A stretch of DNA of 64,000 bases from Patescibacteria group bacterium UBA924 (lineage in GTDB: Bacteria; Patescibacteriota; Microgenomatia; UBA1400; PJMF01). The stretch lies in contig DBDU01000026.1 in NCBI GenBank assembly GCA_002293725.1, positions 6,313 through 70,312 of the forward strand, written 5' to 3'. Under the pieces are notes generated by a model, which worked only from the letters and a program-made list of their open reading frames with translations, was not told the DNA's origin and did not search any database. Shown here piece by piece: positions 1 through 9,723 of the stretch. Within the stretch, counting starts at the first letter, position 1, and every line of letters begins with the position of its first letter. Made by a program: the position numbers and the translations under genes.

Positions 1-993
1 TTAGAGCACCCGTATCTAGCCCTTACATCAAGTGGTACTGGAGGAATTCATGTTGCTCTCCTAGCTCTAGGGACTCAACACGGCGATGAGGTGATTACTA
101 CCAGCTATACCTTCTCCTCTTCCGTTAATATGATCTTGCAGACCGGAGCTCGTCCCGTATTCGTAGACATGACTTCTGACTTTCGAATGGATCTTTCTCA
201 ATTGGAAAAGGCAGTTTCTCCCCGAACCAAAGGAATATTGGTTACTGACCTCTTTGGCTTAGTAAATGACTACAACCGACTTCATCACTTTGCCCAGAAA
301 CACCGACTTTGGGTAGTAGTTGATGCTTGTCAGGCATTAGGTGGAAAAACTACGGATGGCAAGCTACCGATCTCCTACGCTGATATCGTGGTGAGTAGTT
401 TTTTTGAAACAAAACATATCTCCACGGGAGAAGGCGGCGTCATCCTAGCTAAAACTCCTGAGCTTCTTCAACGAGCTCATACCTATATTAGCCATGGCCA
501 ACCACGTGGCATTCAGTATCAATACGAAGTTGCCGGCATGAACTACCGACCCACTGACCTTCAAGCCGCTGTGCTTCTTCCCCAACTGACCAGCTGGGCA
601 AAAGAAAATAGCCTACGAGAGGAGCAATTTAAGTTGTATCAAGCGTTGCTCGCTCCTTTGCAACCTCAGCTCATCTTGCCGACAGTTACGCCTCACGACG
701 TGCCGGCTGTTTATCCTGTGCAAGTTCCTCAGCATCTCCATGCTCAAATACTTGCAGCCTTAACTGCTCAGCAGTTACCCTATAAACCACAGTATCCTAA
801 AGCACTCCACGAGTACCCTGTTTATGCTTCCCAGGCTGTCAAACCAACTTCTCTTTCTCGAAGTGAAGCTTTTGGTAAACGAACAGTTCTTTTGTTACTA
901 GGTCCGAGCATAGATACTCAAACAATACAAAGGATTGGTGATGTTTTTACACAAGTTACAGCACAAGCTTCAAACTCTCCAGAAACTTCGTAG
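1..993 (+). CDS. DegT/DnrJ/EryC1/StrS-family PLP-dependent aminotransferase; 5' end lies outside the window
   Basis: The reading frame is open from base 1 (LEHPYLALTSSGTGGIHVALLALGTQHGDEVITTSYTFSS...). The fold-type I sugar aminotransferase pattern is present (TSSGT...GDEVI, FETKHISTGEGG). Confidence 0.7.
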   Translation, partial: LEHPYLALTSSGTGGIHVALLALGTQHGDEVITTSYTFSSSVNMILQTGARPVFVDMTSDFRMDLSQLEKAVSPRTKGILVTDLFGLVNDYNRLHHFAQKHRLWVVVDACQALGGKTTDGKLPISYADIVVSSFFETKHISTGEGGVILAKTPELLQRAHTYISHGQPRGIQYQYEVAGMNYRPTDLQAAVLLPQLTSWAKENSLREEQFKLYQALLAPLQPQLILPTVTPHDVPAVYPVQVPQHLHAQILAALTAQQLPYKPQYPKALHEYPVYASQAVKPTSLSRSEAFGKRTVLLLLGPSIDTQTIQRIGDVFTQVTAQASNSPETS

Positions 994-1660
994 CTTACTA
1001 CACAACGTCGACGTCTTCGTCTGGGATCTAGATGGAACGCTCTACTTTAATATGGAGCTATTGGATCATCTTCGAAAACAGTGGCAAACCTACTACCAAC
1101 AGTTTCCGATCGCTCAATCACAGCTCTTCGACCAACTAGAAAAGACTGGTAAGGATTGGTTCGAGATTATTCAGCTGGGCTCTCCATATACGACCAAAGA
1201 GTTGATTTTAGAAATCGAGAGTATGATTGATAAAACCACCTTTATCACTCACTCAAAAGCACTTGCACACTTCTTTGGAAAGAAAAAGTTCCGCCACATT
1301 CTTTTTAGTAATGCTACTCACGACCAAGCTATACGCGTCCTGAAAAAACTGGGTATTGAGGCGCCCGAACAAACTTTTGAGTGCATCCTTGCATTAGAAG
1401 AGCTGCCCGATGCAAAACCACACCCATCAGCCTATACAGTCCTAACACAACAACTCGCAACTACACCTCCTCAACGTGTGGTATATGTGGGGGACTCTGT
1501 TCGTTCTGATATTCAGCCAGCTCAGCAACTAGGATTTAAAACAATTCACATCTGTAGATCAGTTACAGATACTCAAACTCAAGCAGATCTTTCTTTTACC
1601 AACGAAGCAGAGTTATTTGCTCTGCTCAATCACTTACACTTGCTTAGTTTCCTTCGGTAA
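935..1660 (+). CDS. HAD-superfamily hydrolase
   Basis: HAD motif I is present (VFVWDLDGTLY), with a later GDSVRSD motif. The start is ambiguous (TTG 935, GTG 938 or ATG 941) and overlaps the upstream gene. Confidence 0.6.
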   Translation: MVMFLHKLQHKLQTLQKLRSLLHNVDVFVWDLDGTLYFNMELLDHLRKQWQTYYQQFPIAQSQLFDQLEKTGKDWFEIIQLGSPYTTKELILEIESMIDKTTFITHSKALAHFFGKKKFRHILFSNATHDQAIRVLKKLGIEAPEQTFECILALEELPDAKPHPSAYTVLTQQLATTPPQRVVYVGDSVRSDIQPAQQLGFKTIHICRSVTDTQTQADLSFTNEAELFALLNHLHLLSFLR

Positions 1661-2236
1661 AGAAACTCCCAAGTCCTGCAAGAGTACTTCACTTGCTCCG
1701 TGTGCTTGTGCGTAGCGCATAAACTGCTCTTCCAACTCCGCAGATCGAGTAGGAAGATGTTGAAGAGCGCGAGCAGTCTCACACAGCTCCCCGGGAAAAA
1801 CAACCCAGCTCGCAGACTCAGCCATCCAAAAGTCTGGCTTGAAACGAGACTTTGGCTTCAGATATACCACTGCTGTCTTGACTGAAGCAGTATTAAACTT
1901 GGCCAGGTGTTCCATAACTAAGTGAAGTGAGTCTCCAGTATCACTAATTTCATCAAGTACTAGAACGTGCTTTCCTTGAATATCAACTGCAACTTCCTGA
2001 CTGATAAAGGGTTGCTTTGTTTGGTGTAAATCCTGATAAGAACTGACTACTAAAGTGGTAATAGGTACCTCCAATGCATCCGAAAGAATCTTGGAAAGTA
2101 CCGCACCACCTCGTTGAATAGAGAGAAGATAGTCTATTTTCTGTGGTCCATACGCTTGCTTAATCTTGACTGCGAGTTCAAGACAATGACGATAAAACTC
2201 TTCATAACTGAGGAAGAGAAAGTCTGGCATACACAC
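1634..2236 (-). CDS. Type I phosphoribosyltransferase (purine PRTase-like)
   Basis: A PRPP-binding motif is present (VLVLDEISDTGDSL). The protein is 200 aa. Confidence 0.6.
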   Translation of the reverse strand: MCMPDFLFLSYEEFYRHCLELAVKIKQAYGPQKIDYLLSIQRGGAVLSKILSDALEVPITTLVVSSYQDLHQTKQPFISQEVAVDIQGKHVLVLDEISDTGDSLHLVMEHLAKFNTASVKTAVVYLKPKSRFKPDFWMAESASWVVFPGELCETARALQHLPTRSAELEEQFMRYAQAHGASEVLLQDLGVSLPKETKQV

Positions 2237-2242
2237 TGTTCC

Positions 2243-3430
2243 TTATGGCTGTTCTAACTGTTGAAATAACTCTAACGCATTTTTGATCGCTTGATCCATA
2301 TTGAAATATTTATAGTTTGCTAAACGACCGACAAAGTAAATGCCTTGGTCTGCTAACTGTGTAGCTTGTTTTCGATACTCTTCATACAAGGATTGGTTGC
2401 GGGTAGTAGGAACAGGATAGTAGGGCTCTCCCACACTGGTACTGAACTCTTTCATTACTACTGTCTTGCCGCCAAATGTCGCGTCGGGATTTACGGCTTT
2501 TGTAAGATACTTATACTCGATCGTGCGAGTGTAGGGTGTCTTTAGGCTGGGATGATTTATGACCGCTGCTGGCTGGAAAAAAGAACGCTCATTCGTAAGC
2601 GTATGCCACTCCTCTTCAAACCTGAGTGAACGATACTCCAATGTTGCGCCGAGCTTCTGTTGAAACTCAAAGAACTGGTCAATGGGGCCCGTGTAAAAGA
2701 TTTTTTCAAACGGATGAAGAGAGAAAGGATGTTGTTTCTTCTTGAGCATCTCAAACTGAGACTTAACCATAAAGTAGTCAGTTTCTAGTAAAACTTTGAT
2801 ATTTGGGTGAGACAACATTTTCTCAAAAAAAGACGTATATCCTTTCTGAGGAAGATATTGATATTTATCAGTAAAGTAGCGGTCATCCTGATTCAAACGA
2901 AGAGGAATTCTGCCAATTACTGACGCATCTAGCTTACGAGGGTGTTGCTGCCATTGTTTCTGGGTATAAGGTAAGAAGAGCTTTTGATACAAACTTTTTC
3001 CAAAGCGGCTTAATCCCAGCTCTTCACTGGTCATCGGACTATGATGGTCTACACGTTGCTTGGCTAGCCACGCTTCCATCTCGGCTGATGTCTGCAGAGC
3101 AGTCCCAAACAGTGTATTTACCGTCTGAATATTAACTGGTAAAGGGACGTACTTTTTTCCTACTTTTGAAAGCACCCGATGTTCGTAAGGAATCCATTGA
3201 CTGAATCGATGAATATACTCATGAACTTCTTCATCGTTAGTATGAAAAAGATGTGCTCCATACTTGGAAATTCGTATTCCCGAAGAATCAAGATAGTCGT
3301 AGCAGTTCCCTCCAATGTGATTCCGCTTCTCCAGTACCAGTACCTTTTTTCCTTGAGCAGCGTAGCGTTCGGCAAGCACCGAGCCTGAAAGTCCCGCTCC
3401 TACTACCAATATGTCGAAGTTCTCCCACAT
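2243..3430 (-). CDS. glf: UDP-galactopyranose mutase
   Basis: The N-terminus has an FAD Rossmann motif (FDILVVGAGLSGSVLAERYA...KKVLVLEKRNHIGGNCYD). Length and overall pattern are typical of UGM. Confidence 0.85.
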   Translation of the reverse strand: MWENFDILVVGAGLSGSVLAERYAAQGKKVLVLEKRNHIGGNCYDYLDSSGIRISKYGAHLFHTNDEEVHEYIHRFSQWIPYEHRVLSKVGKKYVPLPVNIQTVNTLFGTALQTSAEMEAWLAKQRVDHHSPMTSEELGLSRFGKSLYQKLFLPYTQKQWQQHPRKLDASVIGRIPLRLNQDDRYFTDKYQYLPQKGYTSFFEKMLSHPNIKVLLETDYFMVKSQFEMLKKKQHPFSLHPFEKIFYTGPIDQFFEFQQKLGATLEYRSLRFEEEWHTLTNERSFFQPAAVINHPSLKTPYTRTIEYKYLTKAVNPDATFGGKTVVMKEFSTSVGEPYYPVPTTRNQSLYEEYRKQATQLADQGIYFVGRLANYKYFNMDQAIKNALELFQQLEQP

Positions 3431-3610
3431 GCTCTGGAGTGTACCATCACGCAGAGATTTTCTTGTAGCTTAAAAAATGAATCCAAATGGTGTTCAGCCT
3501 CCCTGAAAGTTTCGCCTTTTATTCCTTATTGATTTGTGTGCAGTACTTCCCCTACAGTTATAAGCAACCGAACTGGATCGGCTTATTGTGGTATTTGAGT
3601 TACAACGTTC

Positions 3611-4951
3611 ATGACTGAGACACCTGTACAACCATTAGGCAACACTTCAGCCCCGCCCGTTGTCCCTACCGAACCGGCAGTGTCTGTACCTTCTGCAAGT
3701 CCTACTCCTCCTGCAAACCCTTCTTCAGGAAACAAGAAAAAGTTTTCACCCCAAATAATGCTAGCTGCTTTAGGCTTGCTTATTCTGGTTATTGGAGCAG
3801 GAGTCGGCTTCTTTTTAATGAATCAATCTCAAGAAATTCGCCAGCAAGCGGCTGGATATGCCAGTTGTGCCGGCGGTGTTCCTCACAATGGCTTAGCTTG
3901 TTCAGGCTTCCGCCAACCTGTGCGGTGTGTGAACGGCTCATTTGAAACACTGACGGCCTGTACTTCTAGTCAGCGCTGTGACTCAGGTCTGTGTGTAAAT
4001 ACTGAGCGTGACTGTGCAGGTGGTGTTAAACATGGACAAACTGCTTGTTCTGGCCTACGTACTCAAGTAACCTGTAATGACGGTTCCTTTGTCAATGAAA
4101 CACCTTGTGCTAATAATGAAACTTGTCAAAGTGGTCGTTGTGGCGGTGGTCCAGCCGGAACATCTTCACCTACTCCACGCCCAAGTGTCTCTCCACAACC
4201 TTCAGCCTCTCCAGGAAACGGAACCTGTCGCGGTATTGGTGAGTCCTGTGATGATGGTGCCAACTCGTGTTGCGGCGGTGGGGTCTGCCAAGGCGTAGGG
4301 GGTAACCGTATTTGTCAGGTTCAGCAAGACACTTGTAACGATCCCAATAGTAATAACGATGGCGTTTGTGGCGGCAATCAAGGATGGTTGGGCTTCCGCT
4401 GTAACAATCTTAGTAACGGTCAGTGTTTAGAGAACCCTGAAACCTTTAATAACTATCGAGATGCCTATGACTATGCAAGTGCCAATGGATGTGGACAGGT
4501 TGATCAGGTATGTAATGGTGGTTGGAAAGACAGACAGCTGTGTGGTTCCTTCCAGATTATCGCTACTAACTGTGGCGGATCAGTTCCTACACCTCAACCT
4601 TCACCAAGACCGACCCCTCGTCCAACTCCAACACCTGGCGTTACCCCTTCACCAGAACCAAGCCCATCTCCAGGAGTTTCTCCATCCCCTGGCCCGATCT
4701 GTGCTTACGTAGCAATCAACAAACCAAACATTGTAGTTGGTGACCAGATCAACTTAACTTGTGGAATTATTCCTGGAGTTTCTCGATACGAGTTCCGTAT
4801 CAGCCTTCCAGATGGCAGTATCCAAGCTATTCAACCAGCTAGTGAGAACAGTAATATCTCAGCCAACTTTGCCATTACACAAACTGGCGCCCACAAAGCC
4901 CAGTGCCGTATCTGTACAGGCAATGCATGTCAGGAATGGGAAACGTTATAA
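3611..4951 (+). CDS. Membrane-anchored cysteine-rich surface protein (hypothetical)
   Basis: The N-terminus is low-complexity and followed by one TM helix (IMLAALGLLILVIGAGVGFFLM). A Cys-rich module occurs twice (GLACSGFRQPVRCVNGSF / GQTACSGLRTQVTCNDGSF), separated by Pro/Thr/Ser linkers. Confidence 0.55.
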   Translation: MTETPVQPLGNTSAPPVVPTEPAVSVPSASPTPPANPSSGNKKKFSPQIMLAALGLLILVIGAGVGFFLMNQSQEIRQQAAGYASCAGGVPHNGLACSGFRQPVRCVNGSFETLTACTSSQRCDSGLCVNTERDCAGGVKHGQTACSGLRTQVTCNDGSFVNETPCANNETCQSGRCGGGPAGTSSPTPRPSVSPQPSASPGNGTCRGIGESCDDGANSCCGGGVCQGVGGNRICQVQQDTCNDPNSNNDGVCGGNQGWLGFRCNNLSNGQCLENPETFNNYRDAYDYASANGCGQVDQVCNGGWKDRQLCGSFQIIATNCGGSVPTPQPSPRPTPRPTPTPGVTPSPEPSPSPGVSPSPGPICAYVAINKPNIVVGDQINLTCGIIPGVSRYEFRISLPDGSIQAIQPASENSNISANFAITQTGAHKAQCRICTGNACQEWETL

Positions 4952-4960
4952 GAAGGTAGT

Positions 4961-7243
4961 ATGACGAACACAACGCCAGGCAACACCAGCCCCGCCAACA
5001 CTCCTCCACCAGGAGAAGTGAAGGTGCCACCAGCCGTGCCATCTCCAATGGCAGTTCCATTTACGCCACCTGCTCCGGCTAGTATTCCTAGTGACGTCAA
5101 AGAAGAGAAAAAAGATGAACCAGTTGTTAAGCTAGACGCTCCTGACTCCAAGCCTGTTGAAGCAGAAAGCAAACCAGCAGAAGTAAAGATCGAGCCAACA
5201 CAGGCTGCAACCGAAGAGAAAGAAGAGAAAACAGAAGCACCTGTTGTTTTAAGTCCAGACACGCCAGAGAAAATGGATAACATGCCTGCCGTCTCACTTC
5301 CAGGTGGTCCAGGAGAAGCTCCCAAACCATTGGCAACACCTGCTGTTCCACCTTCAGCTGTTACGCCACCAATTGCCATGCCACCGTTGAGTGCGCCACC
5401 TTCTTCTATACCTTCACCAGTAGTTCCTTCTGCGGTAACTCCTCCACAGGAAAATAAGGTAGACGTCGTTCCTCCCGCTCCTCCATTAAAGGTTCCAGCT
5501 ACCCCTCCGGCGGACTTGGTTTCACCAGTAACCGGCAGTGTTCCTACCGTTTCTAAAGCGGGACCAGATGACAGCGATGGCGGATCCAGTAGCAAAGCGA
5601 AGAAAATCGGTGGCTCCAAAATGAAGTTTATTGCGCCACTATTACTCTTCTTCTTCTTGGTATTCGGTGGTGGAGTTGCTTTCTTCTTAAGTCAACGACA
5701 GCAAAACATTCAGAATCAGGCTTCTTCCCTCACGAGTCGCGGAAGTGTTGAAGCCTTAAGCTGTTCTCAAGTTACCGGATGGGTATGTGACTCTGCAAAC
5801 TTTGCCCAACCACTAAAAGTGGCACTCTATTACGACGAGTTTAAGGAAAGTAACCTCATTTTGGTTGCCGATGCCAACATCAATCGTGCTGATGCAGCTG
5901 AGCAGTGTGGCGGCACCACCAATCATGGTTTTGTTATCGATATTCCTAGCGATCGAGTACCAGCAGGATCTCATCGTTTGATTGTCAAAGGAATTCCAGT
6001 TGGTTCACGCAGTCAGCTCAACACGGCTGACATGTTCGACATTCAACTTGCTGCTGGAGTTAACCCGACCGTTTCCTGTGGTTCAATCTCTGAAACCTGT
6101 TCTGTAACCTTTAACGTTGGTCCTGCACCTGAAAATGCGATTGCTTGTATCAAGGATACCTTCCAAGACGAGCTAACTAACTCTGCGGGCCAATATGCGT
6201 ACACGAATGCCCAAAGCAGCTTTGAGCCAGGTGAAGTAGTAGTCTTTAGAGTCACCTTGCGCAACACTGGTCAGCAAGTTCAACAGCTCAGCATGACTGA
6301 TGCTTTGACTGAAGAAAACCTGGATCAACTTGATTTCATTGATACCAACTGTGGTACATACAATGAGAGTACTCGCACAATCACCTGGTCTCCTGATCCG
6401 ATTGCTGCCAATGATCAAATCGTTTGTGGCTTCCGAGCTCGCGTCAAGAGTACTGTGAATGAAGCGTTGATTATCACTAATACAGTGAACGTGACTTCAA
6501 ATGGCGGTTTAACAGCCAGCTGTAATGCTCCAATCACCATTAGTATTCCTAACGCTTCTCCATCTCCAAGTCCATCACCGAGTCCTTCGCCAACACCCAG
6601 TCCGTCACCAAGCCCAACCCCGGTGCCAACTCCATCTCCAACCCCAGGAGTAACACCTTCGCCAGGCCCATTGTTCTGTGGCAGCAGCTGTACCAACGTC
6701 TGTCCCGACAATCACTCTTGTGACAATGGTCGGTGCGTACTGAATGCTTGTATGACCGGCATCAGTTGTTCTGATGACATGTGTCGAGTTACTGCATGTG
6801 GCAGCAGCTGTAACACAAACACCGACTGTCCAACAGATCACACCTGTAGTAACAACCGCTGTGTCTTAACACCTTGCTTGAATGGGACAGCCTGTGACAG
6901 CAGCCAATGTACCGTGGTCGCACCAACCCCAGTAGTCGTGGTTCAAACCCCACCACCAGTTGTTGCTGAGCAACCACCAGCGGCAGTCAGTTGTAACCAA
7001 ATCTGTAACACCAACGCTGACTGTAGCGACAACAGTCACATCTGTGTAGACACCGCTTCTGGAAGACGCTGCCGCTTAGATAGCAATGTAGGTAGTGAGA
7101 CCTGTAGCCCAACTGGACAGGCCGTTGTGCCAACTCCAATTGCACAAAGCCTCCCGGTAGCTGGCAGCAACGATATCTTAAAAGCACTTGGAGTTGGAGC
7201 CATCGCCGTCATTCTCGGTATGGTTGGCTTAGTACTTCTCTAA
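4961..7243 (+). CDS. Large Pro-rich/Cys-rich cell-surface protein with a C-terminal sorting-signal-like tail
   Basis: The N-terminal ~220 aa are Pro-rich and followed by a TM helix. A long SPSPSP/TPSP linker precedes repeated 'CxxNxxCxNxRCV' Cys modules. The C-terminus is LPVAGS followed by a hydrophobic stretch (ILKALGVGAIAVILGMVGLVLL). Confidence 0.6.
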   Translation: MTNTTPGNTSPANTPPPGEVKVPPAVPSPMAVPFTPPAPASIPSDVKEEKKDEPVVKLDAPDSKPVEAESKPAEVKIEPTQAATEEKEEKTEAPVVLSPDTPEKMDNMPAVSLPGGPGEAPKPLATPAVPPSAVTPPIAMPPLSAPPSSIPSPVVPSAVTPPQENKVDVVPPAPPLKVPATPPADLVSPVTGSVPTVSKAGPDDSDGGSSSKAKKIGGSKMKFIAPLLLFFFLVFGGGVAFFLSQRQQNIQNQASSLTSRGSVEALSCSQVTGWVCDSANFAQPLKVALYYDEFKESNLILVADANINRADAAEQCGGTTNHGFVIDIPSDRVPAGSHRLIVKGIPVGSRSQLNTADMFDIQLAAGVNPTVSCGSISETCSVTFNVGPAPENAIACIKDTFQDELTNSAGQYAYTNAQSSFEPGEVVVFRVTLRNTGQQVQQLSMTDALTEENLDQLDFIDTNCGTYNESTRTITWSPDPIAANDQIVCGFRARVKSTVNEALIITNTVNVTSNGGLTASCNAPITISIPNASPSPSPSPSPSPTPSPSPSPTPVPTPSPTPGVTPSPGPLFCGSSCTNVCPDNHSCDNGRCVLNACMTGISCSDDMCRVTACGSSCNTNTDCPTDHTCSNNRCVLTPCLNGTACDSSQCTVVAPTPVVVVQTPPPVVAEQPPAAVSCNQICNTNADCSDNSHICVDTASGRRCRLDSNVGSETCSPTGQAVVPTPIAQSLPVAGSNDILKALGVGAIAVILGMVGLVLL
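6541..6665 (+). repeat. Low-complexity tandem repeat encoding (SP/TP)n linker
   Basis: The translation SPSPSPSPSPSPTPSPSPSPTPVPTPSPTPGVTPSPGP comes from reiterated tcNcca-type units. Confidence 0.6.
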
Positions 7244-7261
7244 TTCAACACAGTAGTTCAA

Positions 7262-7293
7262 AAAACGGCGTTCAGTTGGAGCGCCGTTTTTGG
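7262..7293 (+). terminator. Rho-independent terminator after the surface-protein gene
   Basis: A stem AACGGCG / CGCCGTT flanks the loop ttcagttggag and is followed by TTTTTGG. Confidence 0.5.
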
Positions 7294-7359
7294 TTTATCA
7301 GAATATTTACTTGAAGAGATATAATCTGGGATACGCTTTTATGTGATTGTGCATAAAGT

Positions 7360-7436
7360 GAGCCGATAGCTCAGTTGGTCAGAGCGGTAAGCTTATACCT
7401 TACTGGTCGCAGGTTCGAGTCCTGCTCGGCTCACCA
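7360..7436 (+). tRNA. tRNA-Ile (anticodon UAU), with encoded CCA
   Basis: A manual cloverleaf fits: acceptor GAGCCGA/TCGGCTC, D-arm GCTC-AGTTGGTCA-GAGC, anticodon stem GTAAG/CTTAC with loop CTTATAC (U33, anticodon TAT, A37), T-arm GCAGG-TTCGAGT-CCTGC, discriminator A, then CCA. Confidence 0.75.
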
Positions 7437-7506
7437 CACAGACAGGGCTACCCCACCACTATGGAGTAGCCCTTTGATCACTTTACATACCACGTATAAT
7501 CAAGGT

Positions 7507-7776
7507 ATGGGGAGTACTAAACCAAAGCACGACACTACCGAAAAGAAGCTCGATGACATGATCGCTGATCTCGAAGAGTTGGATCTCTGGGATGTAGCTG
7601 ACCCTGCCGATCAGACATTTTGGGAAGAGTTTTTTAAAGTCGAAGAAGCTCTCGAGATGAGTGATGAGTTTGATGCTCCCAGCTTCACCATCACTGTTCA
7701 AAACAACACAACTGGCGAAACAAACACATATCAAAATATTAAATTGAAGCCCTCGCGACGAAAAATTGACTGTTAA
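7507..7776 (+). CDS. Small acidic hypothetical protein
   Basis: An ATG at 7507 is preceded by AAGGT. The predicted protein is 89 aa and acidic. The earlier in-frame start at 7375 would overlap the tRNA and is rejected. Confidence 0.3.
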   Translation: MGSTKPKHDTTEKKLDDMIADLEELDLWDVADPADQTFWEEFFKVEEALEMSDEFDAPSFTITVQNNTTGETNTYQNIKLKPSRRKIDC

Positions 7777-7867
7777 GACGGTATAAACATACCTCACTCA
7801 AGGTTCTTTTTTTCTTCAAGTAACCGCCCTCTTTTTTCCTTTCGCGAATCGGGTTAGGATAGGCACT

Positions 7868-8920
7868 ATGAAGTCGTTCTCTCGACCTTTTATTTTTGTT
7901 GCCCAGTGGGTACGGAAACACTGGAAACTGTCACTTTTTCTCTTGGTAATCATTATTGGAGTAGGTTACTTTGGATACAAACGCAGCAATCCGCAACCAG
8001 AGCAACTAGAGTTTGTTTCCGTCAAACGAGGAACATTGACTAAGAAACTCAATGTTTCCGGAATTATTGATGCCAAACAAAAGGCCAGCATTCACTATGC
8101 TGCTGGAGGAAAAGTGGTCTACATTAGCGCCAAAGAAGGTGACATTGTCAGACAAGGACAGACATTAGCTAGAGTTGATACCCGTGATCTCCAAAAAAGA
8201 TTGGCTCAAGATTTAAACTTGTACTTCAATCAACGGATGACCTTTGAAACTAATGCAGCTGATCGCAGCATTATGGCTCCTACTGACGACCTCAATCGTG
8301 CGGCTCAACAGGATCAAAAAACACTGGAAAACTCTGTTCTCGCCGTTGAAATTCGTGATATTGCGATTCGTGACGCCTCACTAACTACTCCGATTGGAGG
8401 AATCTTAGTTGCCGCTCCTACTGGCGTAGCTGGCGTCGTTCTAAATCCAACTGACATTTTCGAAGTTGTTGATCCTTCAAGTTTGGTCTTTAAAGCAGCG
8501 GTTGCAGAAACTGAGATTGCCTTGGTAAAGAACGGCCAAATCGCCACGATTGAGTTAGACGCTTTCCCTGATGAACCCTTAACTGCTTCAGTAAGCTCAA
8601 TTGCCTATCGCAGCTCACAAAGTTCTAGCGGAACTGTCTTTGTGGTTGAGCTCCCCCTTCCTATAGAAAGCAGCCAATCAGCTGTTCAGCGCTATCGTTT
8701 GGGCATGAATGGTGATACTGACATTACGGTTGATGAGAAGGAAGATGTCCTCCAAATTCCGCTCGATGCGTTGATTGAACGTGATGACAAAACCTATGTT
8801 CGTAAACGAACAGGTGAGAACAGCGCAGAAGAAGTGGAAATTCAAGTTGGTCTTGAAACGGATGACATGGTTGAAGTCATCAGCGGTCTTCAAGAAAACG
8901 ATGAAGTGGTCTTACCATAG
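7868..8920 (+). CDS. HlyD/MacA-family periplasmic adaptor (membrane-fusion) subunit
   Basis: An N-terminal TM anchor is followed by a biotin-lipoyl-like hairpin (AKEGDIVRQGQTLARVD) and a beta-barrel region. A good RBS (AGGATAGG) is present. Confidence 0.7.
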   Translation: MKSFSRPFIFVAQWVRKHWKLSLFLLVIIIGVGYFGYKRSNPQPEQLEFVSVKRGTLTKKLNVSGIIDAKQKASIHYAAGGKVVYISAKEGDIVRQGQTLARVDTRDLQKRLAQDLNLYFNQRMTFETNAADRSIMAPTDDLNRAAQQDQKTLENSVLAVEIRDIAIRDASLTTPIGGILVAAPTGVAGVVLNPTDIFEVVDPSSLVFKAAVAETEIALVKNGQIATIELDAFPDEPLTASVSSIAYRSSQSSSGTVFVVELPLPIESSQSAVQRYRLGMNGDTDITVDEKEDVLQIPLDALIERDDKTYVRKRTGENSAEEVEIQVGLETDDMVEVISGLQENDEVVLP

Positions 8921-8938
8921 GTTTTAGCGAGAAGTACC

Positions 8939-9721
8939 ATGCTCTTGGCTCTAAAAAATGTCTCCAAAATTTACAAGATTGGTAGTGAAGAGATTCGCGC
9001 CATGAATGAAGTCTCTATTAATGTGGAAGAGGGTGAGTTCGTTGCCGTGATGGGTCCATCAGGTTCAGGAAAGTCCACGTTCTTACAAGTGGCCAGCTTG
9101 CTCAGTTCTGTCGAACAAGGTGAGATCCACCTCAAAGATAAAAATGTCACCAAGTATAGTGAAGTTGAACTGGCTCGGATGCGAAATAAAGAGATTGGCT
9201 TTATTTTTCAACAGTTTAACTTGTTAGCACGCACCAGTGCGCTCGATAACGTGGCTTTACCTTTAGTGTATGCAGGAGTGGATGCCCCAGAACGTAAAAA
9301 AAGAGCCACAGTCATGTTGGAAAAAGTTGGCCTTTCAGATCGCTTAAACAATACGCCTGCTCAGCTCTCAGGTGGACAGCAACAACGGGTTGCTATTGCC
9401 CGTGCTCTAGTAAACGAGCCAGCTATTATCTTTGCTGACGAGCCAACTGGAAACTTAGACTCCAAAAGTGGTGAAGATATTAAAAAACTTCTACAAGATC
9501 TTCATGACGAAGGTAAAACTATCGTGATGGTCACCCATGAAGCTGAGATTGCCCAAATTGCTAAACGGCTGATTCTCTTTCATGACGGTGAGCTAATCTA
9601 TGATGAAAAGTTCGGCTACAACAAAAGCTTGAAGAGCCAAAAAACCAAAGAGTATGTAGAGATGCTGAAGAAGAAGCGAAAAACACCGCGCCTCATCTTC
9701 GGCAAAGTCACAGGTAAGTAA
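8939..9721 (+). CDS. ABC transporter ATP-binding protein (MacB/LolD-like)
   Basis: Walker A (GPSGSGKST), ABC signature ([15 protein letters not shown]) and Walker B ([12 protein letters not shown]) are all present. Confidence 0.85.
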   Translation: MLLALKNVSKIYKIGSEEIRAMNEVSINVEEGEFVAVMGPSGSGKSTFLQVASLLSSVEQGEIHLKDKNVTKYSEVELARMRNKEIGFIFQQFNLLARTSALDNVALPLVYAGVDAPERKKRATVMLEKVGLSDRLNNTPAQLSGGQQQRVAIARALVNEPAIIFADEPTGNLDSKSGEDIKKLLQDLHDEGKTIVMVTHEAEIAQIAKRLILFHDGELIYDEKFGYNKSLKSQKTKEYVEMLKKKRKTPRLIFGKVTGK

Positions 9722-9723
9722 GC

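Noticed and set aside
4930-5619. 229-aa ORF on the minus strand, Gly/Ala/Thr/Ser-rich
   Set aside because: It is antisense to the Pro-rich N-terminal region of the 4961..7243 gene. It is an artefact of the low-complexity composition, with no start context or motif.
6415-6977. Several 60-100-aa minus-strand ORFs (6415..6711, 6605..6841, 6789..6977)
   Set aside because: They are antisense to the SP/TP linker and Cys-repeat coding region. They are Gly/Cys/Trp-rich nonsense and overlap a well-supported CDS.
7375-7506. The 5' extension of the ORF 7375..7776 (MVRAVSLYLTGRRFESCSAHH...)
   Set aside because: It overlaps the tRNA-Ile gene in the same orientation. That part of the translation reads through the tRNA, so only the downstream ATG at 7507 is plausible.
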